From Rhizaria sp. SCN 62-66 (lineage: Eukaryota), in the NCBI GenBank assembly GCA_001724265.1, contig MEDY01000004.1:1-64000 (forward strand): 64,000 nt of DNA, given 5' to 3'. The notes under the pieces are model-generated. The model did no database searches. It had not been told where the DNA came from and worked only from the letters and a program-made list of their open reading frames with translations. This document shows positions 11,266 to 24,211 of this stretch, in pieces; position 1 is the first letter of the stretch; the number at the start of each line of letters is the position of its first letter. A program made the position numbers and the translations under genes.

Positions 11266-14200
11266 CACCACTACGAGCAGCAGCAGCAGCACGACGGCGT
11301 GCACTGTCAGCGCTCTGCCCAACTACGCCGACGGCAACAATGGCGCTGGCAGTGATGCTGCGGGCTTTGTGTGGCCGCGCGGCGTTGCTGCCGGCGCAAC
11401 GATCCCTGTCGACCTTAACGTATCATCATCGAGTCAAATTTCATCTAGCGTTGCACGTGTGAGCACTCTCTGGGACAGTGACGCGCGTGCTATCCTGTCT
11501 GCGGCGTCTCCTCTGGGCACGTACTCCGCATCCGTCGCCACAAAGCTTGTCACAAAGCACGAGAAGGCTATCTCGAGCAAAAAGGCCGATGTCGGCTCTA
11601 AGGGCGGCGACAGCAAGTCCAAGGGTGCCGCCATGACCGACGACAACGACAACGACGAGAGTGAGGACGACGACAACGACGGCGATGAGGAGAGTAGCGC
11701 CCACAGTCGCGCACACAGTCGCGCGCAGGCGCTATCGCAATCGCCGCTTCTGGCCACGCCCCTGGCCGTGGCGCTGCTGGCGCACGCGCGCCCCCAGGGC
11801 CCCGAGGCCGGCCTCGGCTACTGGTACCCCAGCGACGCCAGCGACGCCGGCGCGGCTGATGCGGGCGCCAGTGCGCGTGGTCTGGCGCTGGTGACCGAGC
11901 GGACGCGTCTGGCGTGCCGCATCAACCAGACCGCCGGCCCCAACACGGCCCCGAATGCGATGCCCCACATCCGCGGCTCGTTGTCGACGCACTGCCTGCT
12001 CGTGCACCGCGGCGGCTTCGACTGCGCGCAGCCCCAGTCGCTGCCGCTCTCGCGCCGCCGTTCCGGCAGCAAGGGCAATGGCAAGGGCAGGAGCAAGCGC
12101 GCCGCTAAGGGTGCGGCGGCTAAGGGCGGCGTCAAGCGTGGTGCGATGAACGACGGCAGCGATGGCGAAGAGGCCGCTGCCAGTAGCGCTGACTCGCACC
12201 TCACCTCTGCGCCGCTGTCCCGCGTGCTCGCCCGCCCGCGCCTGCCCCCGTCGCTGCGGCCCGCGGCGGCCGCGAAGGGCCCGCGCCTGTCGCTGCCACC
12301 GCGCGCGCCCCGCGGCTTCCTCTCGGGCTGGGACCTCATCCTACCCGCCGGCTGGGGCAAGGCCTTCTTCACGGCGCTCACGCACGCCGGCGCCCGCGCC
12401 GCTGGGCTGGACGACTTCGCGGCGCTCTACACCGAGGCCGGCGACGCGCCGCCCTGCGCCTCGGGCTCCGCTGCCAACGCGGTCAACGCCGTGCCCGCGC
12501 TCTCGGCGGCCGCGGCGGTGCCGCTGTTCCCGCGCGCGTGGCCGGCCACGGCGGCGGGCCGCATGTGGGGCGAACGCGAGGCCACCGTGGGCCGCGTCGA
12601 GTGGTTCCGTTCGCACAAGGGCCGACTTAATTTCTGGGCCATGGGCAGCGATGAGCCCAACGTGATGGCGGCGCTTGACGCCACTCTTGTTGTTCCTGCT
12701 CCTGATACCGCGAACGCCAAGACTGCTCTAACGTATGCAGAGTCGATGGCGCTGGCGCACCAGCGTCCCTCCGCCGCGTGGACAGCCTCTGCTTCGACTG
12801 TAGCCTCCGCCTCAGCGCTGCGCGTGCCTGTCTCCGCGTCGCTGGCGCTGGCCGAGCGCGCGCACCGCGCGTACCTCGCCATCCGCCGCGCGGCGCGCCA
12901 GGCGCTCAAGAACAGGCGCAAGCGGCTCGCCGCGCGCGCAGTCTCCGCCGCGGTCAGCGCCGCTGCTGTCGCTGCAGCCAGTGAGAGTGCGAGTGCCAGT
13001 GGCGATGTCGTGGTTGTGAAGAAGGGCGTTGCAGTTGCTACGACAGACAGCAACGACGCGACGTCGACTAAGGCTCAAACCAAGACGAAGACGAAGGTTA
13101 AGAGTGGAGTTGCTCTTTTGATCGAGCGCGTGCTCGCACAGTGCAGCCTGCCCCGGTGGTTGCTGCCGACGCTCGGTTACGCTGTCATCACGTCATTGCT
13201 GCCGTCCCAGTCCAAGCTCAACAGCAGCAAGGACGCAGCCAGTGCAAGGGCCTTCTCTGGCGCTGCTGGTTGCGGCGGCAAGCTCCCGTTTCCTCTGCCG
13301 GCTTCGAGCCCGCTGTTGCCGTTTGCGTTCCCCCCGCAGTCGCTGCTGGCCAAGCGCTCGGCCGCGGTGCTGGGGCTGGAGGAGCTTCCCGCCGTGCCCG
13401 TGCCACTGGACGCTGCTGCGGTTGCTGTCTGGTCACGGTTGCAGTCGCAGTCGCATTCACAGTCTGAGTCGCAGCCGACGGAGCAGAGTGCGAGTACGCT
13501 GGGCATGTCCGTGCTCCTGCCCGTGGGCGTGTCGACTCAGAACGCGCCCCCGTCGCTCGCGCTGATGCTTCAGACGCTCTTCTCGCAGGCACAGCTGTCG
13601 GTGTTGATGCCCAAGATGGCGTTCGCACACCCGCTTTCCGTCATGACTGCAACCGCGCGCGCCGCTGTCGCCGCCTCAGCCTCTGCTGACTCGACTGCAG
13701 CTGCATCGACTTCTGGCTCTGTGTCCGCGCCGTTGCTGCTGCTGGCCCCTGCCATGTCGCGTTCTCTGCACTCTACGGGTGCCGGGATCGTCCCCACAGC
13801 CACCGCGACGGCCTCCGCCGCCGCCGCCGCGGGGGGCTCCGTGGCCGTCGGTGCCGGCACGAGCGGCCGCGTGACCGCGTTGGGCCTCTGGTCGGGGGTC
13901 CCCAGCGCCGTCCCCGCCGCGGCGGTCATGGGCGGCATGGCCGACCCCGCCGTGTACGCGCTCGCCAACGGTGCTAACAACGGTAGCTGCGGTGCACAGG
14001 CCGCGGACAAGAGCTGCTCACCGGCTCTTGCAAGCGCCGCTCCCTCTGGCAGTGCATCGGCGGCGCTGATGCCGCCGCACACGCTGCCCGTGCCAGCGCA
14101 CCTGCTGCCCGCGCTGCCGCGCGCGCTGGCTCCCGGCGCGTGGCCCAGCGCACACCCGGCGCTGCTCACGGTCACATGGCGCGCGCTCACCGCGGCCAAC

Positions 14201-15553
14201 CCACCCGCGCTGGCCCCGCGCACCGCGGCTGTCGTCGCCGCGAACGTGGCGTTGTCTGCGTCTCCGCGCGTGAGTCAGCTGTTCATGGCGCTGGTCAGGG
14301 AGGAGCCCAGCTGGGCGGCCGCGCTGCTCGCCGCCTCTGCTCTGCTCGCGTCTAGCAGTGTGAGTGGTAGCATTAATGGCCCGCTGCTTGTACCTGTGTC
14401 TGTGACGGCGTTGGGCAAGGGGTTGATCAAGCAGGGCGCGATGATCGCGCTTCCCTCGGCCACGTGCCACGTTATCCACAACAACGCTGCGTCAATGAGC
14501 TCAACCGAAAATGCCGGCGACAGTATCGTCGACCGTGATGTTGTGTGCGCTGTTGCGAGCGACATGCTCACGTTCCGCACTGTTGCTCCCGCCTCAGGCC
14601 TCTTTGTCAACGTCTCTGACGAGAATACTGACACCTGCGACGCGGCTGACAAGTGTGATACCGCTGTGACAACTGGCAACAGCAACGCCGGCTCACTGAG
14701 TGGTGCCGTGTGGACCCGCCACACTGTCCTACCGAACACCAATACGAATTCGGCCGCTGACTCCGTGAGCGACGCCGTGAGCAGTGAGTCTGCGATTGTG
14801 GCCGCGATTGCGGGCGCCGCCACTCACGTGGCCCCGCCGCCCGCGCGCGCCGCCGCGGCGTCTGCGCTGCTGACCGCGCACGTGACCTCGCTCAGCGGCC
14901 CCGAAGAGCCGGTCAGGGCCCTTTCGCTCGACGCCTACCTCGCGCAATGCCGTACCATCGCGACTGACGCTTCTGCAGGCTCAGGTGCCGCGGGGACGCA
15001 AGCCAAGACGCGCGCTGTCGCGTTCCCCGCGCCCCCAGTTTCTCGCTCGCGCATCGGCGTCGTTGTCGACAGCGGGTTCGCACTCACCACGGGCCGCTCG
15101 CGCGCGACCTGCTGCCTTGTCTCCGCACCGGGACTCGCCGCCGCGGTCGTCGCGGCCATCACCGGCCGCCCGCTGCGCGCCTCTGACAACGGCGACGCTG
15201 CTACCGCTGACGCCGCGGCCGACGCCGCTTCGCTCTGGGGACAGGGGCTGCCGCACCCCGCCGCGCTGCCCGAGTCGCACCAGCAGCCGCAGGCCGCGGG
15301 CGCGCAGTCGCCTCAGTGGACGGTGTCGCTGCCGGCCGACTGCCCGCCCGCCGTGGCGACGGCGCTGGCCGCCTTCGGACCCGGCGACGTCTCGCGGCGC
15401 GAACTGGCGGGGATCGCGGAGGCTGTCGCGGGGCTCGGCGCGCGCGGAATTGCGCTGGCGCTGCCGCCGCCGGCTGTTGTGCCGGTGCTGACGCGGAATG
15501 TCGAGTCCAGGCAGTATGTGATGGCAGCGATGGAACTCTCCTCCGTGCTCTAA
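8876..15553 (+). CDS. POP1: RNase P/MRP protein subunit POP1, intronless, 2225 aa
   Basis: R-box YQTVPRHMRRRAMSHNAHRLP, W-box WLETHLWHARRMHM…WG, HDMSY, LWLWVHP, POPLD-type GWDLILPAGWG…AG, C-terminal IGVVV..GF..TTG and RN..SRQY. Confidence 0.95.
11233..11290 (+). repeat. Coding trinucleotide repeats (ACG)n/(AGC)n giving poly-Thr/Ser in POP1
   Basis: gacgacgacg… run followed by agcagcagc. Confidence 0.85.
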
Positions 15554-16003
15554 TGCGTGTGTGAACTTATGGGACACATTACCGACTTCATTAGAATTAC
15601 AATCACCGAATATGTTAGTAAAGTCACGTACAATACATAAAATCACTATTTATAATTTCACTCATACTAGAGACGATTGTGAACACGACTTGAGTGTTAA
15701 ATTTGGAGTCTGAGGTGGATTTTTCGGTCCAATCGACCAACAACAACAGCCAACCAAGCTGAATGCGTGCTTCTGAGAGGACGTTTTTCTCGAGGTATTA
15801 CGCACGCTCTGTTGGGTGAATAGGACTGCTTGTTTTATGTACTACATATTCGCACACTGTAATATATTCCTTTCAAAATATTCTTCTGTGTGCACTTGCT
15901 GTTCTCTCCCACCACGATCTCCTATTCCGTGTCCGTTGCTTTGCCCTTATGCTCACCACTTCATGCTCCTTCTTCCCGCACCGCGTGCACCTCTAGCTTC
16001 GGT

Positions 16004-16399
16004 ATGTTCTCGAGCATGATGCGTGGCGCTACCCGTGCTGCGATGCAGGCGGCCCGCCCTGCTTCCCGCCTCACTGCCGGCCTCCCCGTGCGCAAGATGT
16101 CCTCGATGTCGTCGCACCCCATCTTCCGCGCCATGACTGCTGCTCCTTCCGCCGCCGTTGTTGTCGCTGCCCCCACCGTGTCCTCGTCCATCTCATTCCC
16201 TTCGGTTAACAGCTCGATGATTATCACCGTCGCGTCTTCTCCCATTGTTGGTGAGGCTTTTGAGGGCCCGGAGGCGACCGCGACTGGCCGCGTGCTCTCC
16301 GAGCTCACCGCCGTCAACGGCATGGGCAACAAGCTGGCGTCAGTCGCCACGCCTGTGGTCGATGCCTACGAGCTCTCGATCGCTGACCCGGGTACGTAA
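16004..16399 (+). CDS. Small uncharacterised protein with mitochondrial-presequence-like N-terminus
   Basis: MFSSMMRGATRAAMQAARPASRLTAGLPVRKMSS… with strong codon bias. Possible in-frame upstream exon 15763-15794 spliced to 15997. A perfect gtacgt donor at 16392 makes the 3' end uncertain. Confidence 0.65.
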   Translation: MFSSMMRGATRAAMQAARPASRLTAGLPVRKMSSMSSHPIFRAMTAAPSAAVVVAAPTVSSSISFPSVNSSMIITVASSPIVGEAFEGPEATATGRVLSELTAVNGMGNKLASVATPVVDAYELSIADPGT

Positions 16400-19300
16400 A
16401 TTGAGATATTATCTCCTCTGATGTCTAATTTAGTTGGCTATATTTGAATGAATCCTCTGGCTCTTCGAAGAGAACAGATCTGTTTGGGACTTTGAGATGG
16501 ATTGTTGTGTGGTCATACGAGTGTGAATGTATGAGTGTTTTTGCTATGGTGTGTTTTCACGACGCTAAAACGGCATGTTAGGATTGGGAAATGATTCCAG
16601 CACAGTTACAAGCCACGCATAATGACAAACACCAATCACCCAACAACAGCAACAGACGCAAGCAACGAGCACACACGAAGCATAGGAGCAGGAGAATGCG
16701 AGCAGCAACAATCAGCCAGAGCACCACAATAACCGCGATGACGTGACCAGCAACCACCATGCGTTATGGATGATGCAACATCAGCCATCGCGAACACATG
16801 GAGACAATGACAACAACAGGCAGCAACATGACCACAAACGCAACTAGCACTCAAACACATTACAACGACTGAGCAACGGTAACGATTACAACAACGCTAG
16901 CAGCAACGTGCACTTGTATTAAAGCACTGAAATACGTTCACGCACGCACATGCTTGAAAACGAATCTTTTCACACAACCATGCACACGCAAACCTGGCTC
17001 GCATAAGTTGCAGATAGTTTCACAGCTACAGTTGTTCGTTGTCAGATCTGTTGTTGAGACTGATGTGACTGCGTCTCTTGTTGCTTCTGTGGCTGTCAGC
17101 AACATCAGTGCTGCTCACGTTGCTCGTAATGTCGAGATAGTCATCGCTCTCGTTCTTGGTGCAGCTATTGTTTGTGTACGCTGCAAGTACGCGTTGCTGT
17201 CTAGTGCTTGTATTCGTGTCGTCGTTGTTGTCGTGTGTGTTGGGTCCGGTTGCATGGATTGCTGTTGCTGGTATTGTTGCTTCTCCTGTGCTCGCTGTGC
17301 TTGTTCCTGCTGCTGTGTGGCTCGTCGCGCGCATCTGTGCCGTGTTGAATGGTGTTGGTTATGTTGCTCGCTTGTTCTGCGTTCGGCGCTCTTTCACTCT
17401 CTCAAACTTGCTTTTTTTTTTCTTCGTGAAATACGCTTTAGCATTGACATTTTCATCATTTCTCACCATATTCCCATACTCGTCTCTCTGTTCCATTTAA
17501 TTTGTTGACGTTTGCCTTGCTCGGCGGACCGACGTTATTGTGTAAAACTCACTTATGCATGTTTAGGAGGATAATGAACCCCTTCCGGCCTGATAAACAC
17601 ACCAACCATCACGCTACCAACACGAACGTCATCGTCACTGACCTTTGTCAAGGCACGGTGACGTACGAAATGCTGTGGGTCGCCCCGAGTAACTGCAGCA
17701 ACGACGTCATACTCACGCTCTCTTTCTTCCCCCTACCCCATGTGTACTCCTGTTCGTGACTTTGTGAACATGTGTAGATCGATAATTGGCCTATGGTATG
17801 GTTTCAATCATTTATTACGCTCCATAGGCCGTCATTATCTACACAGCGAACAACGTACAAACACACTGATACGACCCGCATTTACTTATTTAACAGCCAG
17901 CATCACACATCATAACGCGACGAGGACAACAACAGTCACATTTTTGAAACATTGGCAGCAGTGTCATGATCAATATCGGTATGTAGTGTTCGTGTGACTG
18001 CGAGTGATGGCGACAACCACTATTATTATTCAAAATCAAAAATACTAAACTAAACATTGACAGAGACCACGTCGCTGCATCACTGCTTTTTTGCTCGCTA
18101 CAGCGATGGAAACGCACTTGTCTGTGGACACGAGTGTGCAGGTGTGACATCTCTTGGGTTATATAGAAAATGAGACGCAGCGTCAATACACGCTAATATT
18201 ATGAATCAAGTCTGCCTTCCGTCTGTGTCATCAATGATTATTACGATGCGGAGTTGGATTTTCTATGTTTGCTGTTGCGCTAAAAAATGAATTAGGTACA
18301 TGGACTTTGTATTTGTGAATTACATGTATGATGATATGATTTAAGGGAGGGATACAGTCTTTGATGCTAAAGAACATAAAGGAAACAAGTAAACGAAGCA
18401 AGCTCAAAGAAACAAAGAACTGAAACAAAACGATACAAAACGCAACAAAAACAAAAAACAAACGAGGACGCGGACAAACAAACGGACGAACATAGTGAGG
18501 CAAATTACGGAATAAGACGAGTACTACGACGGCAGCAAACAGACAAAGTATCGATAAGAGCACAGTTCATAACAAATCATAGGCGCAACGATTCAAGGAT
18601 TGAGCTACTGTGAGCTAACGCGCACATTGAGTGTCCTTCGAACAACAATATGTCAACGGTGGAGGAAGCGACAGAGACATTGATGTCGAAAGGCGGGCGA
18701 ACTCTGTCAGTAGCAATCCAAGGATGCGATTGGATAAAAATGTAAGACAAGTGAAACAAATTGTGCAAAAACGTCAAAAATTTGAACGATAACGAATGCA
18801 AACAAAAAGAAAAAGAACAGGTGACTATAGCTGAACTCCACAGGTGAAATATAAACACTGCCAATTCAAACTTACGTAAAACGTAACTTAGGTGTGCTTG
18901 CGTGCGTGCTATTATACATGACAGGAAAAGTTCGTTATATACATAAATGAAACTGAAAAAAGCGTTGACTCACAAGAAATGTGGAGAGCCTGTTTTGTTT
19001 TGTTTTGTTTTGATTTGTTTGGGTATGCTCTCAGTAGAGTCATAAGAATTCGGAAGAAACTACACTGTTTGTTACGGCAGGGAACAGAGATCGATGGGAG
19101 TGAAAATGAACTGTGAAAAGAATTATGAGAAGGGCTGTCAAAGTGTGGTAGCGTGGGTGAGCGCGTAAGCGTGAATATCACGAACTGAGTGATTGCGTGT
19201 CCGGGTGACAATGAAAACGCACAAGTGTCAAGACATGGGCAGCGCAAGAACCTTAGTGTACAACTCGACGCGCAATCATGCTCAACTGCGCTGCACAGAA

Positions 19301-19552
19301 TGGCGCAGCACAGCTCTGTGTGGCACGGCACATCGCCCCACTTGACCTCAACTCAACTCATCTCGCCACACGACTGCGCAGCTCTTCATTGTGCTGCAGT
19401 CAATCATCGCGCGATGGCCAGGTCTCTCGCCCCGCGCTAGCGCGCAGCCGCCCACCGTGGTGCGCCCGAGCTGCGACAGCCGCGGCGGGGCGCGCGACAG
19501 TCTCAGTGAGCTCAGGGATTGTTATTTTTGTTGCGCTGTGTTGCTGATGCCC

Positions 19553-20265
19553 TCACATGACGATGCAGCAGGGACCGGTGCCGACCTTAAGAGCGCGGAT
19601 GCACTCGGGGTTCCCGCCCTTTTTGGCGGCCATGAAGGGCGTCGCGGCCTCGCTCGTCTTGTCGCGGATCGTGCGGTCCGCGCCCTGGTCCAGCAAAAGG
19701 TTCACGACGTCGATGTGGCCCTTCTCGGCCGCCAAGTGCAGCGCCGTCTCGCCGGAGTTCGTCGTCGCGTCCACCTCGGCCTTGGCGTTCAGCAGCTGCG
19801 TCGCCGGGTCAGTGAGTCCGAAGGCCGCCGCCCAGTGCAGCGGAGTCAGGCCACCCGTGTCGCGGAGACTAGGGTCGGCGCCGCGCGCAAGCAGCAGCGA
19901 GACCAGGGCCGAAGCCGAGGTGCCTGAGGAGATTGCGCGGTGCAGAGCAGTGCGGTTCTGAGCGCCGCGGAGATCGACCTGGGAAGAGCAACAAAGCACG
20001 GAGAAAAACAAAAGTGTATGTAAGGTATAGTTTAGTACATGGTATTTATGAGCGCGAAGTTCCGAGGCTAGTGAGATTTGTACTGCCGAGATAAGTCGCT
20101 TGGAAGACAATAAGCAAACGCGTTTGAGCAGCCTGGTCTCTGCGTGGTCAAGAGGATATGTGCGAGGAGGAAACGTACGTGATCAGGATTCTGTTTAAGG
20201 TATGCGTCAACGCTGCTGGTATCACCCTTATGAGCGGCCTTGTGAAGGGCCGAGTCGAGAGGCAT
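19553..20265 (-). CDS. Ankyrin-repeat protein (~170 aa) with C-terminal CaaX (CCIVM)
   Basis: Exons 20265-20179 and 19978-19553; repeats ALHKAA, TALHRA, TPLHWAA, TALHLAAEKGH, TPFMAA. Confidence 0.93.
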
Positions 20266-20783
20266 GGTCGATTGAGAGCCACTGAACGGGGTCTCGGCTA
20301 CAAGTGTTGGCGAGAGGCAGGAGGGCCGCTGAAGGGTGTGTGCTGAAAAGTGGAAACATGAAAGCACGAAATCGTTTGGTGAGCATGCGAACAATGAATA
20401 TAGATACTCCACTCATCAATAAAACCAAAACAACGCATTGTGACTCGGCCTTGTGGCGCAGCTTACTGCTAACCTTACCTCAATTTCGTTTCGCCTGCGC
20501 TCTCACTGCCCGCCCCACTCGCTCGGACAGCCACAATCTTGACTGAACGACCAGCTCGACCTCTCCTTCATTTGCAGTGTTTCTTTCTTCGCTCTGGGTG
20601 ACCGGAATTGGTAGGTGTGGAATATATCAATAGTTTATTTCCTAAGTAAGCCCATTTTGGCAGAAATAATAACTTTAACACAATAGAAAACGTAATACAT
20701 CAACATAAAGCCCATAATCATCCATTACCATCCTAGAATTGCGAGCAATGCATCACACACAGCGCGCTGACTTTAGTAGCGGC

Positions 20784-23700
20784 TTACTCGCGCTTGGAGC
20801 CGCGCGCGGGGGTCTTCGCGGCGGCAGCGGCCTTCTTGTTCTTGGGCGCGACGGGCGCATCGTCATCGCTGTCGCTCTCGCCCTCCTCGGCGACCGAGGG
20901 CAGCGCCAGCGGGGGCACGCCGCCCGCCGCCGCGCTGGCGCCGAGCTGCGGCGTAGTGCGCGAGCTGCGGCGCGGCGTCACAGCGGGCGACGGCGCGGCA
21001 GAGGACAGCGGCGTCGACGGGTTCGACCGGCGCGTGGACCGGCGCGGCGCCGCAGCCCCGCTGTCGGTCTCGCTCTCCTCGCCGGTCACGGCCACAGCGA
21101 GCGCGCGCTTGCCGCGGGCCGTCGGCGCAGCGGGGAGCTCGTCCTCAGCAGCGTCCTTCTTGGCGCCCTTCTTGGCGCCCTTGGCGGCGGGGGCCTCGGC
21201 GGCCTTGGCGTCCTTGGCGTCCTTGCTGTCGCGGGGGACCGGCACGCCCTTGTTGGCGATGATGCCGGCAAGCACCTTAGCGCCCGCCAGCCCAGCCAGC
21301 GCGGCGGGCAGCGCGGCCACCAGCGGCTTGAGCGCCGCCAGCATCGCGGTCTGCGTCGCCTTGGCGCCCGCGTTGCCCGCGGCCACGGCGGAGTGCAGCG
21401 CCTCGAGACACGCGGCCGCAGTAAAACCGAAGCGGTTGGTGCTCACGTAGGCCTTGAGCAGCTTGGCGTCGGCCGACACGGCGGTCCACAGCGCCGCGGC
21501 CAGCGCCGCGGCGTCGGCGGGGGCCGCGGCAGCGAGCCCAGCGAGCAAGCGCTTGAGCGCGTGGTGCGAGGGCAGGTCGGTGATGACGCTTTCCTTGGGG
21601 TCCACGTTGGCGGCCTGCGCGGCCACGGCGCCGATCGCGGCGATCACGTCGGCAGCGGCCGCGTGCCCGGCGGCGATGTCCTTGCCGTCCTTGCCCGCAG
21701 AGGCCGGGTTCGCGGCCACCGCAGCGGCGCGCGCGCAGGCGTACACCAAAGCGGTCACCAGCGCGGAGGCCAGCGCGCAGGGCGTTGCGCCGGTCAGGAG
21801 CGAGCGGAGCACGGAGAAGGGCTTCTCGGGCACAGCGGTCGCCTGTGAAAGTAAAGGTTAAGATATTAAAAGACATAGTATTGCGAGAAAACATGATGTG
21901 AGAAAATGCGCGAGAGTAGTATCTTCATAAAACATGTTGAAATATAGCTGATACAGTGGCCTGTACGTACCTGAGCGTGGGCAATCTTGGCCTCCTCACT
22001 ATCGCTATCACTGTCATCGCTGTCAGAGCCGTCCTCATCGTCGCCGTCCTCGTCCTTCATGGCCTTCTTGTCCTTCTTGCCGCCCGCGAGCTTCATGTTG
22101 GACACGGACTTGCTGCCCACGCCCTTGATGCCCTCGACCTGGGCCGCAGTCATAAGCACGACCTTGAGCAGCGCGGGCACCACCACGACGGCCACCTCCT
22201 TGACCTTGTCCACCGTGTTACGCTTCCAGGTCGGCACCAGCGCGGCCTCGGCGGCCGTGACAGACTTGGCGGCCTCAGCCTCGGCCTCACGGCGCTCGCG
22301 GCGCGCCTTCTCCTCCTTGGCCGCGTCCCATGCCGCGTCCTTGTCATCGCGCTTCTTCTTGTCGCCCTCCTCGCCCCCCTCGGGGGCGTCCTTGCCGTCC
22401 TTGTCGTCGTCCTTGCCGTCCTTGTCGTCGCCCGCGGCGTCCTTCTTATTGACGATGTATGCGGGCGCAAACACCTGCGCCGTCGCCGCGGCCTCCTGCG
22501 ACGTGAAGAGCGCGGCGCTGTCGGGCGCCGTGAGATACTGCAGCACCTTCTGCCCCGAGCGCGAAGTCAGCAGCTGGTGCAGGTAGGGCGTGGTGCCGAA
22601 GGGCGCCTCAGCTGTGAGCTCCACCAGCACGCTCTTCTTGAGCAGCACGGTATCGTCAATACACGCCAGCGCGCGCAGCAGGATCAGGTACGCGTGCTCG
22701 TGCAGCGCCAGCTCCACCACGCGGCCCTTGATCATGCGTACGAAAGTCTTACGGTCCTTGGCGCGCGCGAGCCCGAGCGCGTGAACGACGGCAAGCGAGC
22801 CGTCGAGCGAATCGTGCAGCGCCAGCGGGTACTTGCACACCGACACGATCATCTCGCGCGCGGCCGAGGACTCAACCGTGGATGCGCGGAGGTACTGCAA
22901 CAGCAGCGAGTGCACGTAGCGGAACATAAGCTGCTCCTTCTCCACGGCGCGCGACAGGTACACCTCGAGCGTGTCCAGGATCGCGGCGCGGCGGCCGGGG
23001 TACGCGGCCAGCATATTCGCCAGCACGTTGCCGGGCTCCGAAGACCAGCCGGCCTCGGCGGGCTTGTCGCCGGCCGAGCCCAGCGCGGCGGCCGCGCGGC
23101 GGGCCGACGACATCGCGGGGTCCTTGGCGTCCTTAGCAGCGTCCTTGGCAGCGTCCTTGGCGGCCGTCTCGACGGCGGCCGCGATGGCGGCGGCAACCTT
23201 GCCGTCCTTGCCGCCCTTGGCCGAGGCTGCGGCGGCGTCGGCGGCGGTGAATACGCGGGGCGCGCGCGAGAAGACGGCGAACTCCTGGTCAAGGAACTCG
23301 CGGAGGATGACGTACTGGTCGAGCTTGGAGCCCAGCATGTAGAGCTGGTCCAGCACCTGCGCGCCGTCGGCAGTGAGCGAGATGCGGCGCAGCGAGCCGC
23401 GCAGCTCAGCCAGGATGCCCGAGCGCTGCTCGGGGGAGCCGTACTGCGCCATCTTGAGCACGATGAAGTGGCCCGTCTTGTTGCGCGTCAGGGACAGGAA
23501 GTGCGTCCGCAGCTCCGCAAACACCTCGGCACGCTGCTCCACGGAGCCGTGCTTGACAACAAGCTGCAGCGCGCGCGTCGTGTCGTGGCGCAGCGCCAGG
23601 TCAGCGATCTTGCCGCGCGAGTCGTCGAGCGTCGCCGCCGTCTTGGCCAGGCGCTCGTCCTTGGGCATGTGCGACAGATTCACGCTGAAGACGCGGTTGA

Positions 23701-24157
23701 CCTTCTCGGCAGCCTCTGAAAATACGCGCAATAGATGCAAGAGGGTCAAATAGATGGTAAAAAGTGGGAGATGAGAGTCAGAAGTGACAAGGAAATGGAA
23801 AATCGATGCCGGTGCGTGACGCAAAATAACGGGTGCATGAGGGAGGGTTCGAGAGCTGTTTGTGGCGGCTGATTTGGGGGTGATTATAGACTGTGTGAGT
23901 GACGTACCGGCGTGCTTTTTCTTGGAACGACGGAGATCCTTGAGATACTTCTGCTTCTCCTTGCTGTTCATGTCCTTGGTGATCTCCAGGAAGCCAGGCT
24001 TCTTGGGCGGGGCGTCCGCCGCGCCGGGCTTGCCCCCACTGCCAGGCTTGCCGCTTCCGGGCTTGCCAGACTTGAACCCACCCGTAGGGGGCTTATTGGA
24101 TTTAAAGCCACCCTTGGCGGGCTTGTCTCCAGACTTCGGTGTAAACTCCTTTCCCAT
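20784..24157 (-). CDS. PUM3: PUM3/Puf6-like nucleolar Pumilio-repeat (CPL domain) protein, ~1017 aa
   Basis: Exons 24157-23908, 23715-21971, 21842-20784. Basic N-terminus; GKIADLALRHDTTRALQLVVKHGS, AKDRKTFVRMIKG, LACIDDTVLLKKSVL, QKVLQYL, H.ALKRLL and TNRFGF are characteristic of Puf6/PUM3. Confidence 0.92.
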
Positions 24158-24211
24158 TGTAAAACGACGGTCGGGTGCTCCTAACTGAACGAATGACAAA
24201 AACCTTCACAC

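Noticed and set aside
18328-18423. Possible C/D snoRNA (ATGATGA…CTGA)
   Set aside because: A-rich low-complexity interior; no terminal stem or recognisable rRNA antisense element.
19380-19552. SECIS element or Sec readthrough of the ankyrin TGA
   Set aside because: No properly placed AUGA/GA quartet with AA loop, and the CaaX end indicates a true stop.
21956-23719. Long antisense or alternate-frame ORFs over PUM3, and likewise over DPH5, lamin, kinase and the CFAP97-like gene
   Set aside because: Expected in GC-rich coding DNA; the opposite strand carries the conserved protein.
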